A stretch of DNA of 64,000 nucleotides from Saprospiraceae bacterium. GTDB lineage: Bacteria; Bacteroidota; Bacteroidia; Chitinophagales; Saprospiraceae. Below the pieces are notes generated by a model. That model did no database searches. It was not told the DNA's origin and was given only the letters and a program-made list of their open reading frames with translations. Location: contig DASRXQ010000029.1 in assembly GCA_035654115.1 (NCBI GenBank), positions 29,187 through 93,186 on the forward strand, given 5' to 3'. Positions 42,723 through 53,228 of the stretch are shown piece by piece; position 1 is the stretch's first letter, and every line of letters starts with the position of its first letter. The position numbers and the translations under genes are program-made.

Positions 42723-44258
42723 ATGTCAGAAAAAAAAATTCCCCTTTTTGTACTCTTCTTTTTTATCCTGGTATGGGTAGCTTTTAAATGGAACTCTTTA
42801 TACCTGCCCTATTTTTGGGATGAAGCCTGGTCTTACGTCCCTGCAATTTCTGAAATGGCAGGACGCCGGCCATGTCTGATTCCCGGTTGCATCAATACTG
42901 AGTTATATCGTGGTCATCCATTGCTATTTTATTTCTTATCAGCGGGTTGGATGAAATGGATTGGTGGATCTCTCTGGTCGATGCACTTTTTTGCAATGCT
43001 CATATCCATAGCTGCTGTTATCTCATTTTACAGATTGTTATCATTGGTATTGACTTCTTACCAGGCACTATTTGGAGCAGGGCTACTGATTCTGCAGGAA
43101 GCATTTTATGTTCAGTCCTCTTTTGTTTTGCCGGAAGTATTTATCCTGCTGCTGACTTTAGAAAGTATAAGAAGCTATGTGAATGGCCAAAAATATTACT
43201 TCCTGATAGTTGCAGGTTTGCTAGGCGTCACAAAGGAAACCGGGGTGGTGGTTATCATATCATTTGCGCTCTATCATCTATTTACAGAACGAGGATTCAG
43301 GCTAAAGTCGTGTTGGGTCTATGGAGCGATGCTGCCTGCTGTCATTTATTTTGTTTTGCAAAAAATCATGCTTGGATGGTTTTTCTACCCTCTCCATCTG
43401 GATCTGATGGACATGTCATTACCTGCATTATGCAACAAAGCAGAATTAATATTAAAATTTATCTTCTTTGATCAGGGACGAAAATTAATATTGATCATCC
43501 CGGGGATTGTTCTGATTGCACTTCAATTCCTACGCAACAGAAGGAAATACCTATTAGCCTTCATTGCAGTTTTAGTTTTATCCATTTTCACATATATCCA
43601 TGAAAGTATATTTTCAATATTTATTTTCATTTTCTTAATCTATTATTATGCCAGGAGATTAGAGGGTTTTACCAGTTTGGAAAGATTGTTATTTAAGTTA
43701 ATTGGAATTCTGTTCACAAGCTGTTTTGCTTTTAGTGTTTTCAATTTTTTAATGGTGAGATATATGCTCATGGCACTACCCTTACTGATCCTGGTTTTCT
43801 CCATTATTATGCAAAAAGCAACACTTCATCCTCCGTTTTATTTTCCTGCTCTTTGCATTATTTTATTATTAAATTTTTCATGGTCATTTTATTATAATGA
43901 CAATATAAAGGAATGGCATGATGATGCCAGCATCAATTATATCCACATCGTGAAGGTCCATCAGCAGGTAGTCGCATACTGTGAGGAGGAGAAATGGTTT
44001 GAAAGGGAAATATATACCCATTTTCTATTACAGCAGGATTTAACAAACCTTGCTGCAGGATATCTTTCTTCACCCGTCACTTTTATTAAAGTTAACTACC
44101 AGGGGAATGTAGAACCTGAAGATGAGATCATTATTTTCTCCAGCATCGAATTTGAGGAATGGAAATATAAGTCCGTTAAGGACAACTCAAAATATCGTTT
44201 GGCAAAACGATTTGAAATAAATAAAGCGTGGGCAGAAATTTATACGTTGAATGAATAA
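42723..44258 (+). CDS. Polytopic membrane protein, GT-C/ArnT-PMT (GT39/83)-like putative glycosyltransferase
   Basis: 511 aa with about 12 TM helices, an early acidic loop (YFWDEAWSY), and a soluble C-terminal domain of about 120 aa. The family call is tentative. Confidence 0.5.
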   Translation: MSEKKIPLFVLFFFILVWVAFKWNSLYLPYFWDEAWSYVPAISEMAGRRPCLIPGCINTELYRGHPLLFYFLSAGWMKWIGGSLWSMHFFAMLISIAAVISFYRLLSLVLTSYQALFGAGLLILQEAFYVQSSFVLPEVFILLLTLESIRSYVNGQKYYFLIVAGLLGVTKETGVVVIISFALYHLFTERGFRLKSCWVYGAMLPAVIYFVLQKIMLGWFFYPLHLDLMDMSLPALCNKAELILKFIFFDQGRKLILIIPGIVLIALQFLRNRRKYLLAFIAVLVLSIFTYIHESIFSIFIFIFLIYYYARRLEGFTSLERLLFKLIGILFTSCFAFSVFNFLMVRYMLMALPLLILVFSIIMQKATLHPPFYFPALCIILLLNFSWSFYYNDNIKEWHDDASINYIHIVKVHQQVVAYCEEEKWFEREIYTHFLLQQDLTNLAAGYLSSPVTFIKVNYQGNVEPEDEIIIFSSIEFEEWKYKSVKDNSKYRLAKRFEINKAWAEIYTLNE

Positions 44259-44274
44259 ATGCCGGAGCTGAAAA

Positions 44275-47200
44275 TTATCTAACCAGTGTCACATCCCCAT
44301 TTACAATGATGTTGTGTTCCACCACTTTGTCAAAATAACTCATTTCAATTCGATACACATACACCCCGGGATTAAGTTCCTCACCATTAAAATCACCATG
44401 CCACTCGATGGGAATGGTTTCGGAGTGAAAAACTAAATTTCCCCACCGGTCATAAATACTGGCATCCATAGAATGCAATTCAATTTCATCATGGAGCTGT
44501 ATGGTGAATATATCATTGATGTTATCACCATTAGGTGAAAATACATTTGGAATGTAAAATGAATTTACAGCGTGACATGAATCGGATAGCATTGCTTCGG
44601 TTTCTCCTTGAGCATCAGCACAAAGAGTTTGAATAGAAACTGAATAGTTACCTGGTTGATCAATGACAAGTAAAGGAAGAGTCGATCCGGTGCTCCATAT
44701 ATAATTCGCCGGAAAAGGTTGCGTCACATTCAGTTCCACCTGATCATCGGGACATATGAAGGTAACAGGAGGTAATGAGACTTCCGGAATGCGGTCATCA
44801 TACGTGAGAACCAATTCATCATTCACTGCTCCGCATTCATTCGATAATTCAAGCGAATACGTCTGTGCCTGATCTGCAACCATCGAAGGGCTATTGCTTC
44901 CATCCTGCCATTTGAGGGTAGAAAAAGTTATTGGGGCATTTAGAAGAATAAATTCACCGGGACAAAGTATTGTATCCGGACCTAAATCAAATGCTAAAGG
45001 TGCATCGAGATAATCAATTGTTATCGTATCCGTATGATCTCCACAGTGATTGGTTTCCTGTATTGAATATGTACCCGGGAAGTTTACTAAAAATGTCGGC
45101 AATGACGTTCCATCCTGCCATTCAACGAGAGTTTCAATATCGGATGTTGAAGCAAGTATCATTGTCGTACCTGTACATAAAGTTGTATCAGGACCTAATT
45201 CTGTCGAAGGAAGTGTTCCATGAATATCCACATCAATGGTATCTCTATCCACCCCGCAATTATTGCTGACCTCAAGAATAAAAGTTCCTGATGCAGTTGT
45301 TGAAAAGGATGAACCCGTCGAACTATCCTGCCAATGAAAATCCACTCCGGAAATATCTGATGCCACTGTAACTACATCTCCCTCACAAGCCAATATATCC
45401 GGACCAAGATTGACATCAGGTCCATCGGTGCTGATCGTGATCTCAAGTGTGTCCGTATCCGTTCCACATGAATTCGTAACTATTAGAATGACCGTATCAG
45501 CCTCGGTTGCACTATATGTAGTAGCCATGGATCCATCCTGCCAGAGATAAGTTGCATTCTCTACTTCCGGATCAAGTGTAATGACTTCTCCCGGGCACAG
45601 AGATTGATCGTTTCCTAAATTAAGAACAGGAGCATCTGGTAAGATTCCGATATCGATTGTATCCGCATTTGATCCGCATGCATTTGAAATAGTTGCATAG
45701 TACTTACCCGGATCATCAATCTGGAATCCTGCATGGGTTGAACCATCAGACCATTCAATGTCGACATTCGGAGTGTTGATGGATAATATCAATGAGGCTC
45801 CGGGACAAAGTGAGGTATCATGGCCGAGATCAATCGGCGGAGTATCCGGCAGCAAAGCTGAAATCAGGGTGTCAAACGCACTGCCACAAACATTAGAAAC
45901 TTCCACGGTTACAATTTCATTACCGGTTAAGTTGTATGAAGCAAGATGTGATCCATCATTCCATAACCAATTGTCTACATCAGAAAATACAGGTAGTAGC
46001 GTAACAACATCACCAGAACAAAGTGAAACATCGATACCAAGAGCTACCGATGGCTTTGGACCAGCATCCAATATAATAACTGTATCAACATCAGTTCCAC
46101 AAGTATTGCTCACGGTCAGGCTGTATGATCCAAGAGAGAAAACTTCAAGTGAATCAACTTGCGAATTATCATTCCACAAATAGGAAACCCCACTGATACC
46201 TGCGTATAGCGTAAGACTTTCACCCTGGCAGAGATTTAATTGCTGAGGAAGATCAACTTGTGGAGGCTGATCATTTATCATAATCTCTATCGTATCAGCA
46301 GCCGATGTACATTGATCCGACACCTGTACATAATAAATACCCGCTGAATTGATCAGCAAGGTATCCGCAGTGCTCATATCCTGCCACAAATAAGCCACTC
46401 CTGAAATATTTGGTGTCAATATGATTTGTTCTCCAGGGCATAAAGCTACATCAGGACCAAGATCAGGCTGAGGAAGAGGTGATACGTAACTAATCTCAAT
46501 GTTATCACTGCCGGTTCCGCAAGCAGTGGTGACTGTCAATGTGTATGTACCTGGTGCATTCACAAGTAATGTATCTGCTGTTGAATTGTCCTGCCATAAA
46601 TAATTTCCACTATCACCCGTATTGGTAATTACAAAAGTCTGACCCTGACATAAAATCTGATCCGCAGGCAGGACGACATTAGTTACAGGATTTTGAATGG
46701 TCACTACAATCTCATCAGATACATCATAACATGAATTTGAAACGGTAACGCTATACGTTCCTCCCGATGTGACTTCGTATTGGTCACCGGCGGAGCCATC
46801 CTGCCATTGGAACGTGACCTGGGATAGTCCGCTCAGATCGAGTAAAACAGGTAGTTGTGCTGTACACACTTCAATGTCATCTCCTAAATCAAATACGGGT
46901 TCAATGCTTGCAAAAACTTCTATATTATCAGTGACGGATTCACATTGATTTGTGATCGTCAGAGAATAATATCCGGGTGTAGAAATAGTATAGAAAGCCT
47001 CATCACTTCCATCCTGCCATAGAAAATCGCCTAATGCAGGGTCAAGATCGATTTCATATGCATCCCCTTCACAAAGAAAATAATCATCAGGGCCAATATC
47101 GATCTGAAGAGCCTCAACATAGTCTACAATAATTTCATCTGTGAATAATCCACATATGCTGGATATAGTAAGTGCGTATGTACCGGGATCGTCGATAGTA

Positions 47201-48435
47201 AAATAAGAAAAATGAGATCCGTTCTGCCACGTAAAATCGCCTAATGCGGGATCGAAATCATAATCAATGTCATCACCGGGACAAAGCAACATGTCCTGAC
47301 CGAGAAAAAAAGGATCAGGAGAACTGACCACATTGACATTGACAAAATCACTCGTGGGGATACATCCATCATCCAGGGTCACCTCGTAAATTCCGGAAGT
47401 TGTGATTTCGTATTCAGTATCGTGAGAACCATCCTGCCAGGTATATGTCCCCAGTGACGGGTCAAGTGATACTGTATAATTATCTCCTTCACAAAGTTCA
47501 ACAAGAGGTTCTCCTATATCTATGGCTATAGGGGGTATGATAGTGACTTCCACTGAATCTATTCCAAATGCGCAACCATCGCTGATTGTTAAAGCATAGG
47601 TTCCGGACTCCGTGACAGTGAGTGTAGGATAAATGGATCCATCTTCCCAATGATAGTGAAAGGAGGTAGAGTAATTTGGATCGATTTCATATGACCCACA
47701 GGCAATGACAGGATCTCCCAGATCTATATCGATTATTCCTGGTGGGCCTAAAGCCATAACAGTTACATCATCCACATAGTAATAACTCTGAACAGGATTC
47801 TGGGCGCATGTAGGATCCAAAGGCGTATCCTCATCACTGAAGAAATTCCCAATAGTGATATATTCCTCACCTCCCACCGCAGGAAAACAGCCTGAAATCA
47901 GTGTCCAGTTTATTTTATCTGTCAATAAACCCAGGTTAGAAGAAACCTGGGGATCAACATTAATAGGTACGATGCCTGTATTAGGGGGAGGGATTGCAGA
48001 AAAATAAACGCCCATCTTGTCTGTTCCACAATTATTATCCGCCAGGCTCACATAAAAACTAATTTCATAGGCTGTATTAGGCATGAGAGGTTCTGTCAAT
48101 TGGACAGTCAGATATTCCCGATAAAGAAATCCGACAAACCACGTCCCTATACCGGCGTAAGCCACACCTGAATGTGGGCCCTGAGATCCAAAAAGATTAT
48201 TTGGGACATCCGCTCCCGGACCACCGCACACATTGAAATAATCAGAAGATGCATCGGTAGGATGATACCATGGAAGACATTCTAACGGCCCGCCCTGATT
48301 GACATTTGGAGGACAGACTGTGAAAGATTCAAAGTCGGGATTGGGTACGAGGTTTTGTGACCATGCATTTATGCCTGATAAAAGGAAAATCGATCCAATA
48401 ACAAACAGCTTAACGTGGTCTGATATCATTTTCAA
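44275..48435 (-). CDS. Giant T9SS type B cargo, adhesin-like, with 15 'W(Q/E/N)DGS' repeats
   Basis: It has a signal peptide and an N-terminal beta-sandwich-like domain (QNLVPNPDFE...CP...SDYFN). 15 tandem repeats of about 75 aa follow. The C-terminus is a gliding-motility/CHU_C-type domain (FYIPNVFSPNGDNINDIF...DRWGNLVF...GVYVYRI). Confidence 0.85.
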   Translation of the reverse strand: MKMISDHVKLFVIGSIFLLSGINAWSQNLVPNPDFESFTVCPPNVNQGGPLECLPWYHPTDASSDYFNVCGGPGADVPNNLFGSQGPHSGVAYAGIGTWFVGFLYREYLTVQLTEPLMPNTAYEISFYVSLADNNCGTDKMGVYFSAIPPPNTGIVPINVDPQVSSNLGLLTDKINWTLISGCFPAVGGEEYITIGNFFSDEDTPLDPTCAQNPVQSYYYVDDVTVMALGPPGIIDIDLGDPVIACGSYEIDPNYSTSFHYHWEDGSIYPTLTVTESGTYALTISDGCAFGIDSVEVTIIPPIAIDIGEPLVELCEGDNYTVSLDPSLGTYTWQDGSHDTEYEITTSGIYEVTLDDGCIPTSDFVNVNVVSSPDPFFLGQDMLLCPGDDIDYDFDPALGDFTWQNGSHFSYFTIDDPGTYALTISSICGLFTDEIIVDYVEALQIDIGPDDYFLCEGDAYEIDLDPALGDFLWQDGSDEAFYTISTPGYYSLTITNQCESVTDNIEVFASIEPVFDLGDDIEVCTAQLPVLLDLSGLSQVTFQWQDGSAGDQYEVTSGGTYSVTVSNSCYDVSDEIVVTIQNPVTNVVLPADQILCQGQTFVITNTGDSGNYLWQDNSTADTLLVNAPGTYTLTVTTACGTGSDNIEISYVSPLPQPDLGPDVALCPGEQIILTPNISGVAYLWQDMSTADTLLINSAGIYYVQVSDQCTSAADTIEIMINDQPPQVDLPQQLNLCQGESLTLYAGISGVSYLWNDNSQVDSLEVFSLGSYSLTVSNTCGTDVDTVIILDAGPKPSVALGIDVSLCSGDVVTLLPVFSDVDNWLWNDGSHLASYNLTGNEIVTVEVSNVCGSAFDTLISALLPDTPPIDLGHDTSLCPGASLILSINTPNVDIEWSDGSTHAGFQIDDPGKYYATISNACGSNADTIDIGILPDAPVLNLGNDQSLCPGEVITLDPEVENATYLWQDGSMATTYSATEADTVILIVTNSCGTDTDTLEITISTDGPDVNLGPDILACEGDVVTVASDISGVDFHWQDSSTGSSFSTTASGTFILEVSNNCGVDRDTIDVDIHGTLPSTELGPDTTLCTGTTMILASTSDIETLVEWQDGTSLPTFLVNFPGTYSIQETNHCGDHTDTITIDYLDAPLAFDLGPDTILCPGEFILLNAPITFSTLKWQDGSNSPSMVADQAQTYSLELSNECGAVNDELVLTYDDRIPEVSLPPVTFICPDDQVELNVTQPFPANYIWSTGSTLPLLVIDQPGNYSVSIQTLCADAQGETEAMLSDSCHAVNSFYIPNVFSPNGDNINDIFTIQLHDEIELHSMDASIYDRWGNLVFHSETIPIEWHGDFNGEELNPGVYVYRIEMSYFDKVVEHNIIVNGDVTLVR

Positions 48436-48475
48436 TTTTCATTTTTTATATGTGGCTCATAATAAGAGAAATGAA

Positions 48476-51400
48476 CTAGCGAATCAGGGTTACATCACCC
48501 TGCACCATGACATCCCGCTCCACGACTTTATCAAAATATGTCATTTGAATTCTATACACATACACGCCAGGGCTTAGTTTCTCTCCATTAAAATCACCAT
48601 GCCATTCGATAGGAATAGTTTCGGAATGAAAAACTAAATTTCCCCACCTGTCATAAATGCTGACCTCCATTGAATGCAGTTCAATTTCATCATGGAGCTT
48701 TATGGTGAAGATATCATTGATGTCATCCCCATTAGGCGAAAATATATTTGGTATGTAGAATGAATTTACAGCGTGACATGAATCAGATATCATGGCTTCA
48801 GTTTCTCCTTCTGCACCTCCGCACAAGGTTTGAATGGAAACTGAATAATTACCTGGATGATCAATGACGATTACAGGAAGAGTTGATCCGGTGCTCCATA
48901 TATAATTCGCCGGAAAAGGTTGTGTCACATTCAGCTCCACCTGATCATCGGGACATATAAATGTAACAGGAGGCAATGTAATTTCCGGAATGCGATCATC
49001 ATACGAGAGAATCAATTCATCGTTTACCAATCCACAATCATTCGATATTTCAAGTGAATAGGTTTGTGACTTATCTGCAATGAATGAAGGAATATTACTT
49101 CCATCCTGCCACCTGATCGTGGAAGAAGTGATTGGCGCATTAAGAATAATGAATTCACCGGGACATAGTATTGTATCCGAACCTAAATCAAATGCTGAAG
49201 GTGCATCGAGAAAATCAATGGTGATCGTATCAGCATGATCCCCGCAGTGATTTGATTCCAATAATGAATATGTACCGGCACTATTCACCAAAAGTGTTGG
49301 TGCTGACGTTCCATCCTGCCATTCAATAGTGGTTTCAACATCAAAATTCGAAATAAGTATTAATGATGATCCCGTACACAATGTTGTATCGGCACCTAAC
49401 TCAGTTGAAGGAGGTGTTCCATGAATATCTACATCGATCGTATCTTTATCAGCACCACAGGTATTGCTGACTTCAAGAATAAATGAACCGGAAACAGATG
49501 TTGAATAATCCGCAGTGGTAGATCCATCCTGCCAGAGATAATTTACTCCGGATACTCCGGCTGTCAATGTAACTACATCTCCCTCACAAGCCAGGATATC
49601 CGGACCAAGATTGACAATAGGCGCATCTGCACTAAACATGATTTCAATCGAATCAATATGGACACCGCAATGATTTGATTCAGATAAAATATACGTACCC
49701 GGAGATTCAACAAGAAACGTGGGAAGAGAAGACCCATCCTGCCAGACTAATATAGTTCCGGGATCAGATGTAGAAGAAAGTAACAAGCTGGATCCGTTAC
49801 ATAAGATCGTATCGGGGCCAAGATCAGTTTGCGGAATAGTGCCACTGATCACCACATCGACTGTATCCTTATCGACACCACAATTATTACTGACCTGCAG
49901 AATATATGTTCCTGATGCTGCTGTTGAAAAAGATGCGTTTGATGAACCATCCTGCCAGAGATATGAAACACCGCCGATATCCGATATCAGTGTAACTATA
50001 TCTCCTTCACAGGCCAGGATATCAGAACCCAGATTGACATCAGGTCCATCCGTGCTGATCGTGATTTCAAGTGTATCTGTATCCGCACCACATGCATTCA
50101 TCACTGTCAGTATAACTGTGTCTGCATCAGTTGCACTATAGGTTACTGCCGAAGATCCATCCTGCCACAGATAAGTTACATTTTGTATTCCCGGATCAAG
50201 TGTGATGACTTCACCGGGACAAAGCATCTGGTCTATCCCCAGGTGTAAGTCCGGTGCCGCAGGCAAATTTCCAACTTCGATTGTATCTGAATTAACTCCG
50301 CATAAGTTAGAAATAGTAGCAAAATATGAACCGGGAGTATTCGCAACATATTGTGGATTGACAGAACCATCGAACCATTGAATATTGACATTTGGTGTAG
50401 TGATGTTCAATATAAATGAGTTGCCCGGGCAGAGTGCTGTATCTGCTCCAAGATCAAGAGATGGAGTTTCAGGCAGAAGTGTTGCTATAAGTGTATCCAC
50501 CGCAAACCCACAAGTATTCGACACCTGAACACTGACGATTTCATTACCGGTTACTACATAAGCAGGCAAAGCAGATCCATCATTCCACAACCAATTATTT
50601 ACAGAAGAAAAAACAGGCATGATATGAATTGTATCTCCGGCACAAAGTGATACATCACTACCCAAATTAATAGAAGGTGAAGGGCCGCCATCCAAAACAA
50701 TAACAGTATCAGCATCTGTTCCGCAAGCATTGGAGATCGTCAGGCTATATGTTCCGGCAGTTGTCACATTGAGAGAATCCGCCTGAGACTGATCATTCCA
50801 TAAATATGAAACTCCACCAATACCTGCTTCAATGGTGAGACTTAGACCCTGACATAAGCTCAATGTAGAATCAAGTGATAATTGTGGGGGTTGATTATTT
50901 ACAAAAACCTCTATCGTGTCAGATGAAAATGTACATTGATCTGAGATCTGCACATAATAGGTCCCGGGCGTATTCACTACAAAATGATTTGACGTACTCA
51001 TATCCTGCCATAAATATTGTACTCCCGGAATATTCGGTGCCAGGTTGATTTGTTCGCCAGGACATAAAAACAAATCAGGACCCAGATTTGGAACAGGCAC
51101 GGGCGGTTTGTAATTGATGACGACAGCATCACTTCCTGATCCACATATAGTCGATACAGTCAGTGTGTATGTTCCGGGTGAATCAACAAATAAAGAATCT
51201 TCAGTGGAATTATCCTGCCACAAATAATTACCAACATCACCTGAATTTGTAATTACAAAACTTTCGCCTTCACACAAAAACTGATCGACAGGTAATATGA
51301 CATTTGGAACCGTATTGTCTACAGTCACAACGATCTCATCAACGACCGTAAAACATGCATTGGAAACTGTAACATTGTAAGTGCCTTCACCTGTCACGAG

Positions 51401-53047
51401 GAATTGATTAAATGCAGACCCGTCCTGCCACATATACTGAGCCTGTGGAATAATACCAAGGTTAAGCAAAATGGGAAACTGCGGGTCACAAACTGTAGTA
51501 TCATTACCCAGGTCGATTACGGGTGCAACCGTTGGAAAAACATTAATGGTACTACTTTCTATAAAACATCCATTGTCCACAATGACAGAATAGAATCCGG
51601 GTGTTGAAATCGTATAAAAATTATCCGTACTTCCATCCTGCCATAGGAAATCACCCAGATCAGGATCAAGTACAATATCATGCTCTTCGCCCTGACAGAG
51701 ATAAAAATCGGGACCGAGATCTACCTGGAAAGGTTGTGGATAAGTTACATCTATGCTGTCTGTAAACACACCACATATATTGGTTATGGTGAGTGCATAC
51801 AATCCTTCATGCATGATCGTGTATGAGGAAACACCAAATCCATTTTGCCAATGAAAAGTCGTGAAAGCAGGATCGAAACTATAATGGATGGTTTGGCCAG
51901 GACATAAAATGGTATCTGATCCCAGAAAATTTGGAGGTGGAGCAGCAACCGTATTGACAACGACAAAATCAGTTGTCGGAAAACATCCATCATCCAGGGT
52001 TACCTGGTAAGTTCCGGATGTGGTGATGGGATAACTGGTAACGTGTGAGCCATTCTGCCATGTGTACGTTCCAAGCGTAGGATCAAGTGAAATCAAATAT
52101 GTGTCGCCTTCACACATCAGGTGAGAGGATGGTCCGATTTCAACGGTTTCACCCGGAATGATATTCACTTCCAATGAATCTATTCCAAAAGCGCAGCCAT
52201 CGCTGATCGTTACTGCATAGATACCGGATTCGGTGACAGTAAGGGTTGGATAAATAGACCCGTCTTCCCAATGATAATGAAAGCTTGTAGAATAATTAGG
52301 ATCAATCGTATAGGATCCACATGAGCTGACAGGGCCTCCCAGCTCAATACTCAGGTCTCCTGGTATACCCATGGCATAAAGTGATACATCATCCACATAA
52401 TAAGCGCTTGCAATTGGAAAACCGGTACAAGGATCAATGGGTGTATCGGCATCACTAAAGAAATTTCCGATGGTCAGATATTGTTCGCCTCCTTCGGCTA
52501 CAATACAACCGCTGATTAAAGTCCAGTTTGTGTTGTCAGTGATGATCCCGAGGTTGGAAGAAAACTGTGGGTCAACATTTATAGGCAGCATGCCTGTATT
52601 AGGAGGAGGTGCTGCAGAAAAGTAAGCCCCTATCTTATCTGTTCCGCACCAATCATCTTCAAGGCTTACATAAAAACTGATTTCATAGGCTATACCGGGT
52701 AGCAAAGGTTGAGTTAATTGAACACACAGGTATTCCCTCGAAACAAAACCGACAAACCACATACCTATGCCTGTGTAGCCGACTCCGGAGTGAGCAAACT
52801 GATTACCAAAGGCATTTATAGGTACTCCTGCATTTGGTCCGGCACATGCATTGAAATAATCAGAAGATCCATCTGTGGGGTGGAACCAATTCGTGCATTC
52901 CATTGGTCCGCCCTGATTGACATTGGTAGGACATAAGGTAAATGTTTCAAAATCGGGATTAGGGACGAGATTTTGAGACATTCCACTGGCACTAGCTAAG
53001 ATGAGACAGTAACTAATAATAAATAGTCTGAAATAGCTGGATATCAT
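48476..53047 (-). CDS. Giant T9SS type B cargo, adhesin-like, with 17 'W(Q/E/N)DGS' repeats (tandem paralog)
   Basis: The architecture is the same as 44275-48435. I start it at ATG 53047 (MISSYFRLFIISYCLILASASGMSQ) rather than at the ORF-track start 53197. It contains an extra duplicated two-repeat unit. Confidence 0.85.
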   Translation of the reverse strand: MISSYFRLFIISYCLILASASGMSQNLVPNPDFETFTLCPTNVNQGGPMECTNWFHPTDGSSDYFNACAGPNAGVPINAFGNQFAHSGVGYTGIGMWFVGFVSREYLCVQLTQPLLPGIAYEISFYVSLEDDWCGTDKIGAYFSAAPPPNTGMLPINVDPQFSSNLGIITDNTNWTLISGCIVAEGGEQYLTIGNFFSDADTPIDPCTGFPIASAYYVDDVSLYAMGIPGDLSIELGGPVSSCGSYTIDPNYSTSFHYHWEDGSIYPTLTVTESGIYAVTISDGCAFGIDSLEVNIIPGETVEIGPSSHLMCEGDTYLISLDPTLGTYTWQNGSHVTSYPITTSGTYQVTLDDGCFPTTDFVVVNTVAAPPPNFLGSDTILCPGQTIHYSFDPAFTTFHWQNGFGVSSYTIMHEGLYALTITNICGVFTDSIDVTYPQPFQVDLGPDFYLCQGEEHDIVLDPDLGDFLWQDGSTDNFYTISTPGFYSVIVDNGCFIESSTINVFPTVAPVIDLGNDTTVCDPQFPILLNLGIIPQAQYMWQDGSAFNQFLVTGEGTYNVTVSNACFTVVDEIVVTVDNTVPNVILPVDQFLCEGESFVITNSGDVGNYLWQDNSTEDSLFVDSPGTYTLTVSTICGSGSDAVVINYKPPVPVPNLGPDLFLCPGEQINLAPNIPGVQYLWQDMSTSNHFVVNTPGTYYVQISDQCTFSSDTIEVFVNNQPPQLSLDSTLSLCQGLSLTIEAGIGGVSYLWNDQSQADSLNVTTAGTYSLTISNACGTDADTVIVLDGGPSPSINLGSDVSLCAGDTIHIMPVFSSVNNWLWNDGSALPAYVVTGNEIVSVQVSNTCGFAVDTLIATLLPETPSLDLGADTALCPGNSFILNITTPNVNIQWFDGSVNPQYVANTPGSYFATISNLCGVNSDTIEVGNLPAAPDLHLGIDQMLCPGEVITLDPGIQNVTYLWQDGSSAVTYSATDADTVILTVMNACGADTDTLEITISTDGPDVNLGSDILACEGDIVTLISDIGGVSYLWQDGSSNASFSTAASGTYILQVSNNCGVDKDTVDVVISGTIPQTDLGPDTILCNGSSLLLSSTSDPGTILVWQDGSSLPTFLVESPGTYILSESNHCGVHIDSIEIMFSADAPIVNLGPDILACEGDVVTLTAGVSGVNYLWQDGSTTADYSTSVSGSFILEVSNTCGADKDTIDVDIHGTPPSTELGADTTLCTGSSLILISNFDVETTIEWQDGTSAPTLLVNSAGTYSLLESNHCGDHADTITIDFLDAPSAFDLGSDTILCPGEFIILNAPITSSTIRWQDGSNIPSFIADKSQTYSLEISNDCGLVNDELILSYDDRIPEITLPPVTFICPDDQVELNVTQPFPANYIWSTGSTLPVIVIDHPGNYSVSIQTLCGGAEGETEAMISDSCHAVNSFYIPNIFSPNGDDINDIFTIKLHDEIELHSMEVSIYDRWGNLVFHSETIPIEWHGDFNGEKLSPGVYVYRIQMTYFDKVVERDVMVQGDVTLIR

Positions 53048-53228
53048 GTACAGTTCTCGTTTTTCATCCACAAAAGTTCTTAGGAGGATTGAAAGTACAA
53101 AGTATCCCCGAAATCCTGAGTAAGGCTGCCTTTGAACCTTAAACCTTGTGTGCCAACAAGCCGGGAATAAAAGGAATAGATCCATGACAAGCCGCATTCC
53201 ATAGAATTTTAGTCTCTTTGAGGCAATT

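Noticed and set aside
45758-46183. Plus-strand ORFs inside the adhesin genes (45758-46183, 49719-50141 and others)
   Set aside because: They are antisense to long, repeat-supported coding sequence, Ser/Thr/Pro-rich, and have no independent signals.
53048-53197. 50-codon N-terminal extension of the 17-repeat adhesin ORF
   Set aside because: The internal Met at 53047 gives a canonical signal peptide that aligns with the two paralogs. The extension has no signal-like features.
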